Assembly (NCBI RefSeq): GCF_038025025.1
Contig: NW_027117346.1
Span: forward strand, 1,302,001-1,366,000
DNA: 64,000 bases
Source: Phyllosticta citribraziliensis
Lineage: Eukaryota
Reading direction: 5' to 3'
Positions 12,400 to 23,383 of this stretch are shown piece after piece; the first letter of the stretch is position 1; each line of letters starts with the position of its first letter. The position numbers were made by a program, and so were the translations under genes. Below the pieces are notes generated by a model, which was not told the origin of the DNA, searched no databases, and saw only the letters and a program-made list of their open reading frames with translations.

Positions 12400-13330
12400 G
12401 GAAACCAAAACACGAGATATGCCCGAGAGGTCACCCACCAGTTAGACTGTCTCTGGTGAGCCTGAGTCGAGCAAGGGCGGGAATCATCCTTCACTCGGGG
12501 AAGGCCGGGGATCTACGTCGGTGAGTATTTACTCAGCCCGTCCTGCTAGTCCATGTTCGCTTACTGCTGAAGAAACGAATCAGACTGCCAATATTACTAC
12601 GTCTCGACCGGCTAATAATACGCCAACATCGCGGAAAGCTGCAGACTCCTACTATAAACTCTTACCATGAGTGGGAATAAGCTTGGTGATCCGATAAACT
12701 TTTTCGAGCGGGCCGGCCCGACGTCCCACCCTGGTGTTTTGCAAATTTCCAAAAGTCTCTTGGCGGCAGGGGGACCTGAAGCGGAACCCTACCGCGCGGC
12801 TTACGAACAATAGTCTGGATTACTCTGTACAGGTGGCTATCGTGATCACGGTCCGATTGGTGGTGCAAGAGAAGAAGAAATCAGGTTTGATCACAGGCCT
12901 TACAACTCAGGCGGCACAGGCCATGGCGAGGTTCTCGGCAATTGAGCGTGATGGGTCGAGACGAGGGCGGAGCCTCAACCCCCTACTTACCGTATATGGC
13001 AAGTAGCCAAGGGAACATTCCGTCGGCACCGACCCAGCCCGTTGTATCGGAGGTGTCCATCATGGAGCAGTTCCTGAAAACGGAGTGCTAGGGTAGGGTC
13101 AGTTGTCCTCGGAGGCTGTTACCAACTGAAGAACCTGCTGTGACATGATGGATGGCCAGAGACGGGCTGAATTCTCAGTTGATCGACGAGGACGCGAAAA
13201 TTGTTCGCAACTTACCCCATGATAAAAGAGAGCTGCATTCTTTCGAGATGCGTGGTTTGTTTCCCCAATCTTCTCAGCCACTACCGAGGTCTCGCTACAC
13301 TTCTTTGCATTTCTTTGCTTGTTGTTCATC

Positions 13331-15317
13331 ATGGCACTCCACAACAAGGGACTGTCGCAGGTGGCCGACTCTGTTCTTTCTGTCATTGAATCCTACCGTT
13401 TGAGGGCCTCTCCTTTCGAGCCCAAGACGGTCCAGGATGCGAGAGATACATTCCTCCCCTACCTCACAAGCACGGTACAAGCAGAACAGCCCATAGTTCT
13501 GGTCCTGCCAGCTTTTCCATTCAAGTCGCCAAACTCCAAAGACAAGGTTCTCGGCGCACTGCCCGACAAGGCGGAGGAAGTCTCGCTCCTCCACCTCCAG
13601 TCACTGTGCAACAACATCAAGGACGTTTACGCCCCAGGAGCCGAGTTGTGGATTGTCTCAGATGGCATCGTCTACAATGGTGGGGATGGATCTCTGTTTG
13701 ATCACGACGGCTACTGACAATCATGGCAGACCTTCTTGGAGTCCCTGATGAGACCGTCTACACCTTCGGAGAGACTCTCCGGACCATGGCCAAGGACCTT
13801 GGCTGCTCTTCGATCAAGTTTGCAAGACTTTCCCAGATGCCTTCCCTCGAAAAGAACCTCCCCATCGAAATGCTCGAGTACTCGGACAGCCGCAGCTACG
13901 AGAGGATTGCGCCGTTGGTGCGCCAGAGCCTGGTATCGGCCTTTGGCTCCGCCGACCATGATGTGGACAAGGACATTGCATCCAACCCGGATATTCGGGC
14001 AACATACATGGGATACCTCAAGTACCTTTCCCACGACCTGAAAAAGAATGAGTTGGACTCTGGAGAGGTGTCTGAGTCGTCGGCTTCTTCGACTGCTTCG
14101 TCCGACAGCGAGGTGCCCAAGACCAGCCGCAAGAGCTTCAAGAGACACGTCTCGAGAGTTGCAAAGAGCATGATATATCGTGGCAAATGCTACGCAGCAT
14201 GTGTGCAACAGTGGTATCCGAATGCGGTCCGCCTTTCCATCCACGCCGCCAACTCTTCGACAAAGATTCCAATCTCCGTCATCCCAAGCACGAACGGAAG
14301 GCCCATTACGCCGTGGCACTCGACCATGGTCTGCCGCTTGGACGGTACTTTCCAACCCATGACGAGGAGCGAGGCCGAAGCTTGCTCAGATCTTGAATTG
14401 ATCTACCGCGATGGACAGCCTTGGTGTTTCCGCGAAAAGTCCTCTCTCTACGACATTCCCAACACCACCATCGAGCATGTGTACCCCTGTGGACTGTTGA
14501 TCAAGGCCGCCAAAGGAACTCACATCTCCGACGTCGACATCATGAAGGTGCGCCAACTGGCAGAACGCAACTCGCCGGTGGTTCTGCGTGACTTTGATGG
14601 TACTACGGACCGCCCGACCTTTGTGGACACCGGCCGCAAGATGGGACCCATCATGAAGTGGAAATTTGGCGAGCTGCTTGAAGTCAAGGATGGCGGAGAC
14701 AACACCAGGGGACTCAACAACGTCTTGAGCACTGAGGTAAGCTTTCAGCCCTGAGAATCCTCAACATGCACTGACAATTTCAGCCTATGCCGATGCACTA
14801 CGACGGTCTTTTCAAGATGGTCAACGGAGTCTCGACGCCGCCCAACTTCCAAATGTTTACAGCTCCTACCGCGTCTCCCAAGGGACTGGGCCGCACTCTC
14901 TTTGCCCACTCCAAGCTCGTCTTTCAGTACTTGGCCGAGCCATACACGGCGGATTCTCTTCGAGGCAGGACGTGGCGCGTCGAGACGCACTCCTTCGACG
15001 AAAGCCACTTTGGAAACCTGCCCTTGATCGTGGACCACCCGAAAACCAAGGAACCTTGCATCCGCTATCACGAAGACTGGCCTCAAGAGCGGACTGCGTT
15101 CGAGCCGACCCGCATTCACATTGAGGACGCACCACCGGCAGAAGATGACAGCATCCGCGAAGCCATTGAGAGGGTACTGTATGACTGGCGCGTCTGCCTG
15201 CGCATGGAATGGGAGCAGGGTGACCTCCTCGTCAGCGACAACATTCTCATGATGCACACGCGCGAGGGCTACAAAGCATCCTTCCCGCGCGAGCTCTGGA
15301 GGCTTCACATTGACTGA
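13331..15317 (+). CDS. Isocyanide synthase (DIT1/PvcA domain) fused to a C-terminal Fe(II)/2-oxoglutarate dioxygenase (TauD/PvcB-like), XanB-type architecture; introns 13680-13729 and 14737-14783
   Basis: PvcA/Dit1 motifs LPAFPFKSPN..KVLGALPDKAEEVSL, IVSDGIVYN|DLLGV, VRLSIH, TPWH. TauD part: PVVLRDF, WKFGELLEV, PMHYDG (HxD), WEQGDLLVSDNILMMHTR, RELWRLH. Confidence 0.92.
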
Positions 15318-16560
15318 GGGGTGGTGTCGCTTCTTTGATGTGATGCCGCAGAGCTTCTCGTTCACGTCCTTCATCGCTCTCCTTTAATACCCCTTAGATT
15401 GTCTCTGCATCATCGCTGAAAGAAAGTATTTCAGCGATGTCAAAATTCTCATACAGCGAAGAGACGCAATTTATTTAGGCGGTGCTTTCTTCATCCAAAG
15501 TTTGAATCAACCTTTTGACGGAAAATGGGAGTTACATAGCATGGTTGGAATTCTGAGCAATTTTCTGATTTTACGAGCAATCAATCCTTTGGTAACAGCG
15601 CAGTCGAAAATCCTGTCCGCTCCCCCTGAGTAGAGACCCATGTGAAAGACAGTCTTCCGCTTGACAGCGGCGACCGCTCGAATCAGGTGTCCGAGGCCCT
15701 GCTTGAGTAGTGCACCGAGCGAATAGAGAACTTTAGCAGATTAGTAATAGTGGCTGCCGACGAAGTTGTCCGAAGAGGAAGGCGCTTTGGGCCACCGAAC
15801 TGCCGGTCTCTCGAGGCAAGTCCTACCGCACTGTGCGAGAAGAATTCGCCCCATCCGCGATTCATGTTGATGCCGAGATCCTTCATCTGACTCGGCCTGG
15901 TAGCTGCTGCTGCCCTGTGTCAACCGGTGATGAAAACGAATACGAAGCCGACGGTAACAGAAAGTGTTCTCCCCTGCCGAGCCTGGACAAAAGCTTCGGC
16001 AGAATTGGGAGAGGGGATGAACATCGAAGCTGCGGATCTACAGACGCCTGGAAAATGTACAATTGGGGAAGTCGTCGAGGGGAAATGAGTAGGGCAAGAG
16101 GCAAGTGCGGGACCAAAACCGCGCTATCCGCGGCCGTGAGACATGGAGATAAAACTTCAGTTTGTTGTCGTAGTGAATGCTTTGCATAAACCAAAGTTCA
16201 GTTAATGTGAGGATGAGTCCCCTGGTGGAGAGTTATGGCGTAGATGGACAGTGGCAAGTGTTGGGGAAAAAGCATGCCAGTGGGAGATTAACGAGGAAGC
16301 AATGTATAAAATGAACAAATAATATCTTCGAGTCTGTACAAAACAAACACTTCGCCTGTCTACAAAGAGATTGCCTCGCCCAAATATCTGTCGAACCCTC
16401 TAGTTACAAGTATACGCCTAACGCCGTTGTTGATGCAATCGCTTCCTGCACAGCGAGCCGATTCGCTCATGTACACATCCTCTTCTTCGCCTCCTTCGGC
16501 ACTGCCAAAGCACCGAAGATGAGGCCACTGCTCTTGCTCAAGGAATGTAGTATTTCTTGC

Positions 16561-19500
16561 TTACTGATCCCGCTCTTGGGACCGCTGTTCCGGTGACAGC
16601 GGCGCATCTGGATCAGCGTCCTTTTGCTCAGTCTCTGCGTCAATCATTTCCGTCTCCTTTGACGGCGTATCCGGGCCAGGCTCCTCGTCTTGGCTTGTAA
16701 CCGCCTGCTCCTGGTCCTGTGTCACTTGCCCTTCTCTCTCTAAGCTCCTCGCGGGGCTCATTTCGAAGTCTGCATTGCCCCGCTTTGCCCACTCCATCTC
16801 AGCCAGATCGTTCTTTGCCATTTCCGCCATGAGTGCCAGCGCCTCGGACGGCCGCGGCCCGAGCTCGTGATCAATTTCGCTCGCCTTCATGCCGGTATTG
16901 CGCAGCGCGCGCGTCGCCCAGATCCAGACCTGGACACGGTCTGCTTGGTAGTGGTCGTCCACAAAGTCGTCACCTTTCTTGACCCGAGTGGATTGCTCTT
17001 CGTCCTCGAGCGACGCCTGGTGGTACACGATGCGCAAAAGGGGCAGCGAGGCACGCGACTTGCGGCCCCGCAGCTGCACGCGCGGCGACACGTCGATGAC
17101 GCTGGTGTTTGCAAGCTGCCGCAGCGGTGACGGGCTCAGCTGCTGCCGGTAGTGCCAGGGCTCGGGGGAGCGAGCAAACGTCGACACTTGCCACGGCTTG
17201 GAGGGCTCCTCGGTCGAACACCACGTCGTGACGAGGCGCATTGCATCCCAGGAGCCACGCGCACGCGCGACGCCCTCGATCATCTCACGCAAGTCTTCCT
17301 CCATGATGCAGTTTTCGATCTTGCGGTAGTGCGAGCGGAGGAGCGACGGGCTGAAGAGCGAGTTGCAGAATGTTTGCCATTCGGGGCCGACGGTGGCGAG
17401 AACGCTGAGAATGCCATGGAAGCGGTCGCGGTCGTTGAGCGGCGAAGTACCGCCAAGGGTGCCCTTAACCAGGCGGCGGAATATCACGGAAGCCGCTTCG
17501 AGATGATCCATACGCGTTTCTACTTTTTTGTACACGTCCTCTTTCTGCAGAAACAGTATGTATTTGGCGAGTTTGGCGGCCACACGAGCCAGGAAGTCGC
17601 GATCTTGTTCTTGAGAAAGTATGGTCAGCACGTCCTCAACAGAGCTCCAATCGCCTTGATGCATTTGCGTTTCGAGCATCGCCTCGATGACGCGAATGGA
17701 CATTTCTGACTCGGAGTGCCGGTTGAGGGCGTTGACAATAAGCCGCTGGTTGCCCGTGGCACGTCCAAATTGGATGACTTCGGCCGCGATGCTGGGATGG
17801 TCGTACAGTGACTCTGGGATGAGAGGTCCATCAATGTCCTTGGAGAATAGCAGCCACTCCCCGAATTTGAAGGCCTCTGATTGGCGAGCAAGCGCGAGCA
17901 GTGCAGCTAGAATAGCAGGAGGAAACTGAGGATACAAGACGGGATCTGGCCCTCGAGCCAAGTTGCTGTCGAATTGTGCGGGGACTTGCTGGAGTGTGTG
18001 TCTCGGACCCGCACTCCATTTCTTGAGGTTGCGGAAAAACCTCTCCGTCACGACCTTTTTATTGGAGTCTGTAAGCTTCACCAAAGCCTCAACGGCCTTG
18101 ACAGCTTTGATTTGATCGCCATTCTTGATGTACGACCAGATCACCGAGTGAAAGATTCCTAGAGGAGCCGCCGAGGGGTCCATGATATATGACGGTGCGC
18201 CCAAAGACTGAGAACCCTCTTGAGGAGCGTTCTTGTATCTGGGCGTACCTGGATAAGTGACTGCAAAGTAGCCCAGAAGCTTCTCGGTGACTTGCGGGTC
18301 CATGTCGGGGTTCGCCACGCCAGCCTCCACGAGGCGGAAAATGATGGAATCCCAGGTAGCGCCAATGAGACCCTGGCTCGATCTTTCAAGAAACCCCTTG
18401 AGCTCATTGATCTTGTTGATAATGGCATCGATACTCCATCCAATGTGACCGGCTTTGGTCCCCACGTTGATGCTATTGAGCAGAGCGTCGATGGACGCTG
18501 CAACCACCTCGACGGTGACAGTCCCTTCGACAAGATCGGAGTCTGCCTTTTCTGGGTGCATCCTCTCAAATCTTGCCTTGTCTTGCCAAGTGATATCGAC
18601 CGGATCATCCACCTGCTGCCCTGCGAGGTTGCTCCAATAGATAGCGCCCCACTTTTTGCCGTTGGCAAGGGTAGAGCTTTTGAGATTGACGAGTATCTCA
18701 ATGCCGTCCGTTATCCAAGGCCCGCGCAGGCATGACCAGAGAATCAATTCGAGCCAGACCTCTGGCCCGAGTCCATACGTCGTGCGCACAGTCGGTCGCG
18801 CACTGGGTCTTGAAAGTCCGAAAAATGATAAAGGGCCTCTGGTTTCGGATTCAGAATCACGCAGTTGCGCTTGTACTGCAGCGTCAGAAATGGCTGTGTA
18901 GATCCTGGGCGCCAGCAATGGCAAAACCGGTGGTTGGCAGAGCGAGAATGGCATGTGCGGCGGCACATGCTCGTAGACAGACTCTGGAATGACTCCGTTG
19001 TGATGCATATGAGCAATGAATTCAAGCACGTGGGTCATTATAATCTCCCTTTCCTCTGGATGGCTTCTGACAGCAATAGCGATCATATTGCCCAGGCTCT
19101 GCCATACGCGGCCTATCGCGCCGTTGCGATCGCGGACCCATCTGGCTGGAGACCAATTCACGATGCCGGCTATGGAGCTTGTCAGAGTCTCGTCGGTGAC
19201 CCTTTCAGCCCAAATTGCTTGTCCAGTCGCCTCTTGCAGGGAAGTTGGCGCGTCTGCCCATTGAATTGCGGAGAAGGGGTCTACATGTTCGAGCTGGACT
19301 GGGGCAGGCGGCTTGAACTCGGTTACTGCCTTCACAATCCAGGTCACAGTGTCCCACCTCCCCTCGGTAACAGCCAAATGTGTCAGAAAGTCGACAGGTT
19401 TATCTTGGCGCGACTCGTCCAGGAAGAAACAGACAATCTTTGTCAACAGGTAATCGGGCTCGCCCTCGGTCTCGCCCTGGGTTGTGTGGTCGGGGTCGTC

Positions 19501-19776
19501 TAGATGCGTCTTTCGGAGGCTCAGAGGCAGGTAGCGGTCGAACTCTTCGGCCCAGGCTTTTGGATTAGGACCCAGCTTTTTTCGCAATGATTTTGGAAAG
19601 CGGAGACTGGAAAGGGGAGCCGCCGTTGTGGAAGAGGCGTCGGCGCGACATGATGCGGAATAGGAGAGAAATCTGGGAGCGAAAGTCGGGCGGATTGTAG
19701 CAGCGCAGGCAAGGACTCTGCTGGTCACCGGCCGCAGAGAGGATCGACTGGGCGCATAGCGAAGGGTCAGGTACAT
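16561..19776 (-). CDS. Uncharacterised 1071-aa helical protein, probably mitochondrial
   Basis: Long single ORF with an Arg/Ser-rich, acid-free N-terminal presequence-like region. No family motif recognised. Confidence 0.7.
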   Translation of the reverse strand: MYLTLRYAPSRSSLRPVTSRVLACAATIRPTFAPRFLSYSASCRADASSTTAAPLSSLRFPKSLRKKLGPNPKAWAEEFDRYLPLSLRKTHLDDPDHTTQGETEGEPDYLLTKIVCFFLDESRQDKPVDFLTHLAVTEGRWDTVTWIVKAVTEFKPPAPVQLEHVDPFSAIQWADAPTSLQEATGQAIWAERVTDETLTSSIAGIVNWSPARWVRDRNGAIGRVWQSLGNMIAIAVRSHPEEREIIMTHVLEFIAHMHHNGVIPESVYEHVPPHMPFSLCQPPVLPLLAPRIYTAISDAAVQAQLRDSESETRGPLSFFGLSRPSARPTVRTTYGLGPEVWLELILWSCLRGPWITDGIEILVNLKSSTLANGKKWGAIYWSNLAGQQVDDPVDITWQDKARFERMHPEKADSDLVEGTVTVEVVAASIDALLNSINVGTKAGHIGWSIDAIINKINELKGFLERSSQGLIGATWDSIIFRLVEAGVANPDMDPQVTEKLLGYFAVTYPGTPRYKNAPQEGSQSLGAPSYIMDPSAAPLGIFHSVIWSYIKNGDQIKAVKAVEALVKLTDSNKKVVTERFFRNLKKWSAGPRHTLQQVPAQFDSNLARGPDPVLYPQFPPAILAALLALARQSEAFKFGEWLLFSKDIDGPLIPESLYDHPSIAAEVIQFGRATGNQRLIVNALNRHSESEMSIRVIEAMLETQMHQGDWSSVEDVLTILSQEQDRDFLARVAAKLAKYILFLQKEDVYKKVETRMDHLEAASVIFRRLVKGTLGGTSPLNDRDRFHGILSVLATVGPEWQTFCNSLFSPSLLRSHYRKIENCIMEEDLREMIEGVARARGSWDAMRLVTTWCSTEEPSKPWQVSTFARSPEPWHYRQQLSPSPLRQLANTSVIDVSPRVQLRGRKSRASLPLLRIVYHQASLEDEEQSTRVKKGDDFVDDHYQADRVQVWIWATRALRNTGMKASEIDHELGPRPSEALALMAEMAKNDLAEMEWAKRGNADFEMSPARSLEREGQVTQDQEQAVTSQDEEPGPDTPSKETEMIDAETEQKDADPDAPLSPEQRSQERDQ

Positions 19777-20180
19777 CTGCGGTATTGGCGGAGCATTGCT
19801 AGACGCGCGCGGCGGCGAAAGGTTGTGGTGTCGGAGAGGTTAAGAAAAAGTTAATGAAGTCGTCATGATTTGCACCACGGCATTGGCGGCGGCGGCGGCG
19901 GGGGGCGGCCACCAATTCCGGGAGGTCCAAGCTCCAGCTCAGCTCCGGCTCGGTTGCGACGACGACAACAACAACGGACCTCTACCTCTGCTCTTCGCTC
20001 CACCACCCTGACCCATCCTCCCCTCTCTGAAATTTTCCCTCTCTTTGCTGAGCTTCGCAATCGCCTCGGCAATCCAGGTCCACCCTTGGATCTCGGTGTT
20101 TTCTTCAAGCTCACCACCTGAGCTTCCTCCAGACACCTACCGATAAACATCCTTGCTCCGGCAAGCTCACACCAGCCATC

Positions 20181-21722
20181 ATGCCTACTGGTTACAAAGT
20201 CGGTACGTTCTTGCCCACCACAATTTCCTCTGCGACACACTCATTCCCTTCCATTGCCTGACCTTCCTCCCTCTACTCCCCACTATTTGCTGACGATCGC
20301 TTAGAGCTTAGCCCGAACAAGCGCGCCGTCTGCAAGGTCACCCATTGCCAGAAAGAAGGAATCAAGATCGAGAAGGGCGAACTCCGCTTCGGTACCCTCG
20401 TCACCATCAAGGAAAACACGTCTTGGACCTACAAGCACTGGTATGTCACATGATGAAAGGCCCCTCTGACAATCTCCCTCATTCAACGCTAACTTGCCCA
20501 GGGGATGCATCACTCCACAAGTCTTGCAGAACGTCTCGAGCTATCTCGATGGCGACTTTGACCTGCTTGAAGGCTTTGATGCGCTTCCTGAAGACTTTCA
20601 GGAAAAGGTGACCGAGGCCATCTCTCTGGGCCACGTCGACGACGGCGATTGGCGTGGAGTAAGTTTGCTACCCTGTTTGACGTTCCCCAACTTGCCGTCT
20701 CCCGCTGTTACGAAAAACACCAAAGCCTTGGAATTCAGTCCCTAACTTGTTCACAGGACGTCCAAATGAACCGCCCCGGTGTCGGTTCGGGCATGTTCTT
20801 GACCAAGGCCGCCAAGAAGCGTCTCGACATCACGAGCGTAAGTACTTCCCAAAGTTCAGTTGCAGAAGATGCTAAATAGGACAAGGACGAGGACGATTCC
20901 GACGAGAAAGTTCCCAAGCAGAAGTCAAAGAAGCGCTCTCGCACCAAGGACGCCGACGAGTCTGAAGAGGAAGCTCCCCCTGCCAAGAAGGGCCGTGGAA
21001 AGAAGGGTGCCAAGGCTGTCAAGGGCGACGACGAAGAAGAGGCTCCGGCTCCCAAGAAGGGCCGTGGAAAGAAGGTTGCCCAAAACGTCGAGGTTGAGGA
21101 TAAAGAGGACGCCGAGCCCAAGCCGAAGAAGCGTGGCAAGAAGGCTGCTCCCAAAGTCGAATCGGATGAAGAGGTCGCCACGGAGGAGCCCGAGGAGGTC
21201 CCTGCTCCCAAGGCGAAGAAGTCTCGTTCTAAGAAGACCGCCGCCCCCAAGGCCGTCTCCGATGATGAATCTGCTCCTGCTGCCGAGGTGAATGAGGACC
21301 CCCCCACTCGCAAGTCCAAGCGTAGCAACAAGAGCAAGGCCGTTGTTGAGGATACTGACCGCACTGAACAGAAGCCTGCCCCCAAGCCCAAGAGCGGCAA
21401 GAAGTCCAAGGCTGTGGTTGAGGAGGAGGTCCCTACTGTCGAAGAGGAGCCTAAGCCCGCTCCCAAGACCAAGCGCGGCAAAAAGTCCAAGGCCGCCGTC
21501 GAGACTGCAGAGACCGCCGCTGTCGATGGTGCCAACGACGAGCCTGAACCCGAGACTGACACCAAGTCCAAGCGCGGAAAGAAGGCCAACGCCGTTGCTG
21601 AGGAGGCTCCTGAGGAGCCGAAGCCAGCTCCCAAGAAGAGGTAGGTTCTTCTCTGCTCAAGTCTCATTACACTCGTCTGGCACCTGCTAACACCGTGAAG
21701 GGGCAGGAAGGCCAAGGCCTAA
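20181..21722 (+). CDS. PARP-type zinc-finger protein with a long Lys/Glu/Ala/Pro-rich low-complexity tail (five GT-AG introns)
   Basis: Spliced N-terminus MPTGYKV|ELSPNKRAVCKVTHCQKEGIKIEKGELRFG...WTYKHW|GCIT (CX4C...HXXC) and LLEGFDALPEDFQEKV. Tail has repeated PAKKGRGKK / PAPKTKRGKK units. Confidence 0.85.
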
Positions 21723-23020
21723 AGGCTGGTTGCTAGCCGACCTCTATGCGGATTTAATCCAAGTCGGACATGAGGACGCTCATATCCACCCTTGCGACAT
21801 TCACGATCATGACCACGACGCGAAACAACAAGTACAGGCGCCAAAGCCTTTTGCTTCCTAAACGCCGCTGGTTGCCTCTCTTCCACTACATCATCCACGG
21901 GTCAAGTATTTCACATGGCGGATACCCTTTCAGCGTTGCTTGGCTGCTCTCAGGTTCCTTTTCTCGGTTTTCAAAAAGCAGGTAGTCTGGTTATTTGGGA
22001 CACAAGTTTCCTTTTACCTCTCCTGTTTCTCCATAGCACTTTGTAGCAGAGTCAAATGGTCATGGCCGGTTCTACATTGGTTGCTTCTAGATCGCGCATT
22101 GTTACTTGGACTGCGACTCACCTTCGAGAGAGTACTAGAAGTATTGTTGACGAAAATACAGACCGTCATCACGGCACGGAGGTCGTCCCCAAGGGGTAAA
22201 CTCACTTGCTATGTCAGCGTCATAAAGACCCAACACGGCCACTGATCAACAGCGACAGCACGTACATCCACTGGCTACGATCTAGAGAAGCTAGCCTAAT
22301 TCACGCAACTTTGTGGTTTCAACGCCATGGCTCAGCATGTGCGATGCCTGCCGCAGCCGACGTCAAGACCCGAAGATGTGGGTTAGCTTCAGGAACGGGG
22401 CTGCGGATGTGGCTCCCAGCCACAAGCGCCGCGGTCCCCACATCAAACGTCCAGACACTCGGAAATTGCCTAGCTCTTCTTCGTGGGTCCTGTTGGCGTA
22501 GACAGCCAGAGACGCTAGTCATTGAATGGCTAGACGCCGGTCGTTGAAATCCATCTCCGCTTTGCAAGTGCTGACACTGACGCCAAACACGGTCGATTGG
22601 GTACAGAATATTCCGATCAGCACCATAGCACTTGCCTCATCCACATCTCACTTTGCGATCAGCCCCGGATCAGAAACTCTCGCGGCTGCATCGTCATGGC
22701 TGTCAGAGTCGCGTCATGAGGTCATTGTGGTAGCTCCACCACAAACACACAAGCACCTAAACCAATTCGATCCAACATAGTCCGAAGTAAAAGACGGTTG
22801 AGATGGGCGCGATACGTGACATCACTGAAGAGATTAGCGCTGGTGTAGGTGAGAAAGGAGCACAGCGGTGACGTACGCAGAAAGTACATAAAAGAGACCT
22901 CTCCACCACCAACAGGCCATCTCATCATCCGCAACACAATTCCCACATCTCACTCTCCAATCAGCCAAACCAACCAAAGCCACCAAACCCGCACAAACAT
23001 CCATCTCCAACACCATCACC

Positions 23021-23383
23021 ATGTCCGACAGCCCCGTCAACGAGACCCCCGTCGACAACTCGTACACCTCGCGCCCAGGGCAGCAAAAAGCCGGCGTCCC
23101 CGTGCAATCAGACGACGCGCCCATCGACGACCCCGTCGCCAACTCCAACGTCGATCCCGACTCGGACGAGCAGCTTGGTAAATACCCCCATCCATCTTCG
23201 TCGCCAAAAGACAGGTTTCTCACGCCGTGCGCAGAAAAGGACGAAAACGCTGCCATTGACGAGTCGAACATTCTCGACGGCGGCAAGACTAGGGGCGTCA
23301 AGGTGCCGCCGGGAACGTACAAGGAGCCGGGTGATGAGGAGGGTTTGCCGACTGAGGATGGAACGAGTGCTGGAAGGCAGTAA
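23021..23383 (+). CDS. Small acidic protein with a CHZ (histone chaperone Chz1-like) motif; likely 57-nt in-frame intron 23178-23234
   Basis: AIDESNILDGGKTRGVK resembles the CHZ signature (IDxSNII..GRRTRG). GTAAAT...CTCAC...GCAG intron signals are present. Confidence 0.65.
   Translation: MSDSPVNETPVDNSYTSRPGQQKAGVPVQSDDAPIDDPVANSNVDPDSDEQLGKYPHPSSSPKDRFLTPCAEKDENAAIDESNILDGGKTRGVKVPPGTYKEPGDEEGLPTEDGTSAGRQ

Noticed and set aside
20735..21715. Long antisense or alternate-frame ORFs (also 32433-33269, 32515-33387, 50719-52323)
   Set aside because: Shadows of strongly codon-biased real genes on the opposite strand or in another frame.
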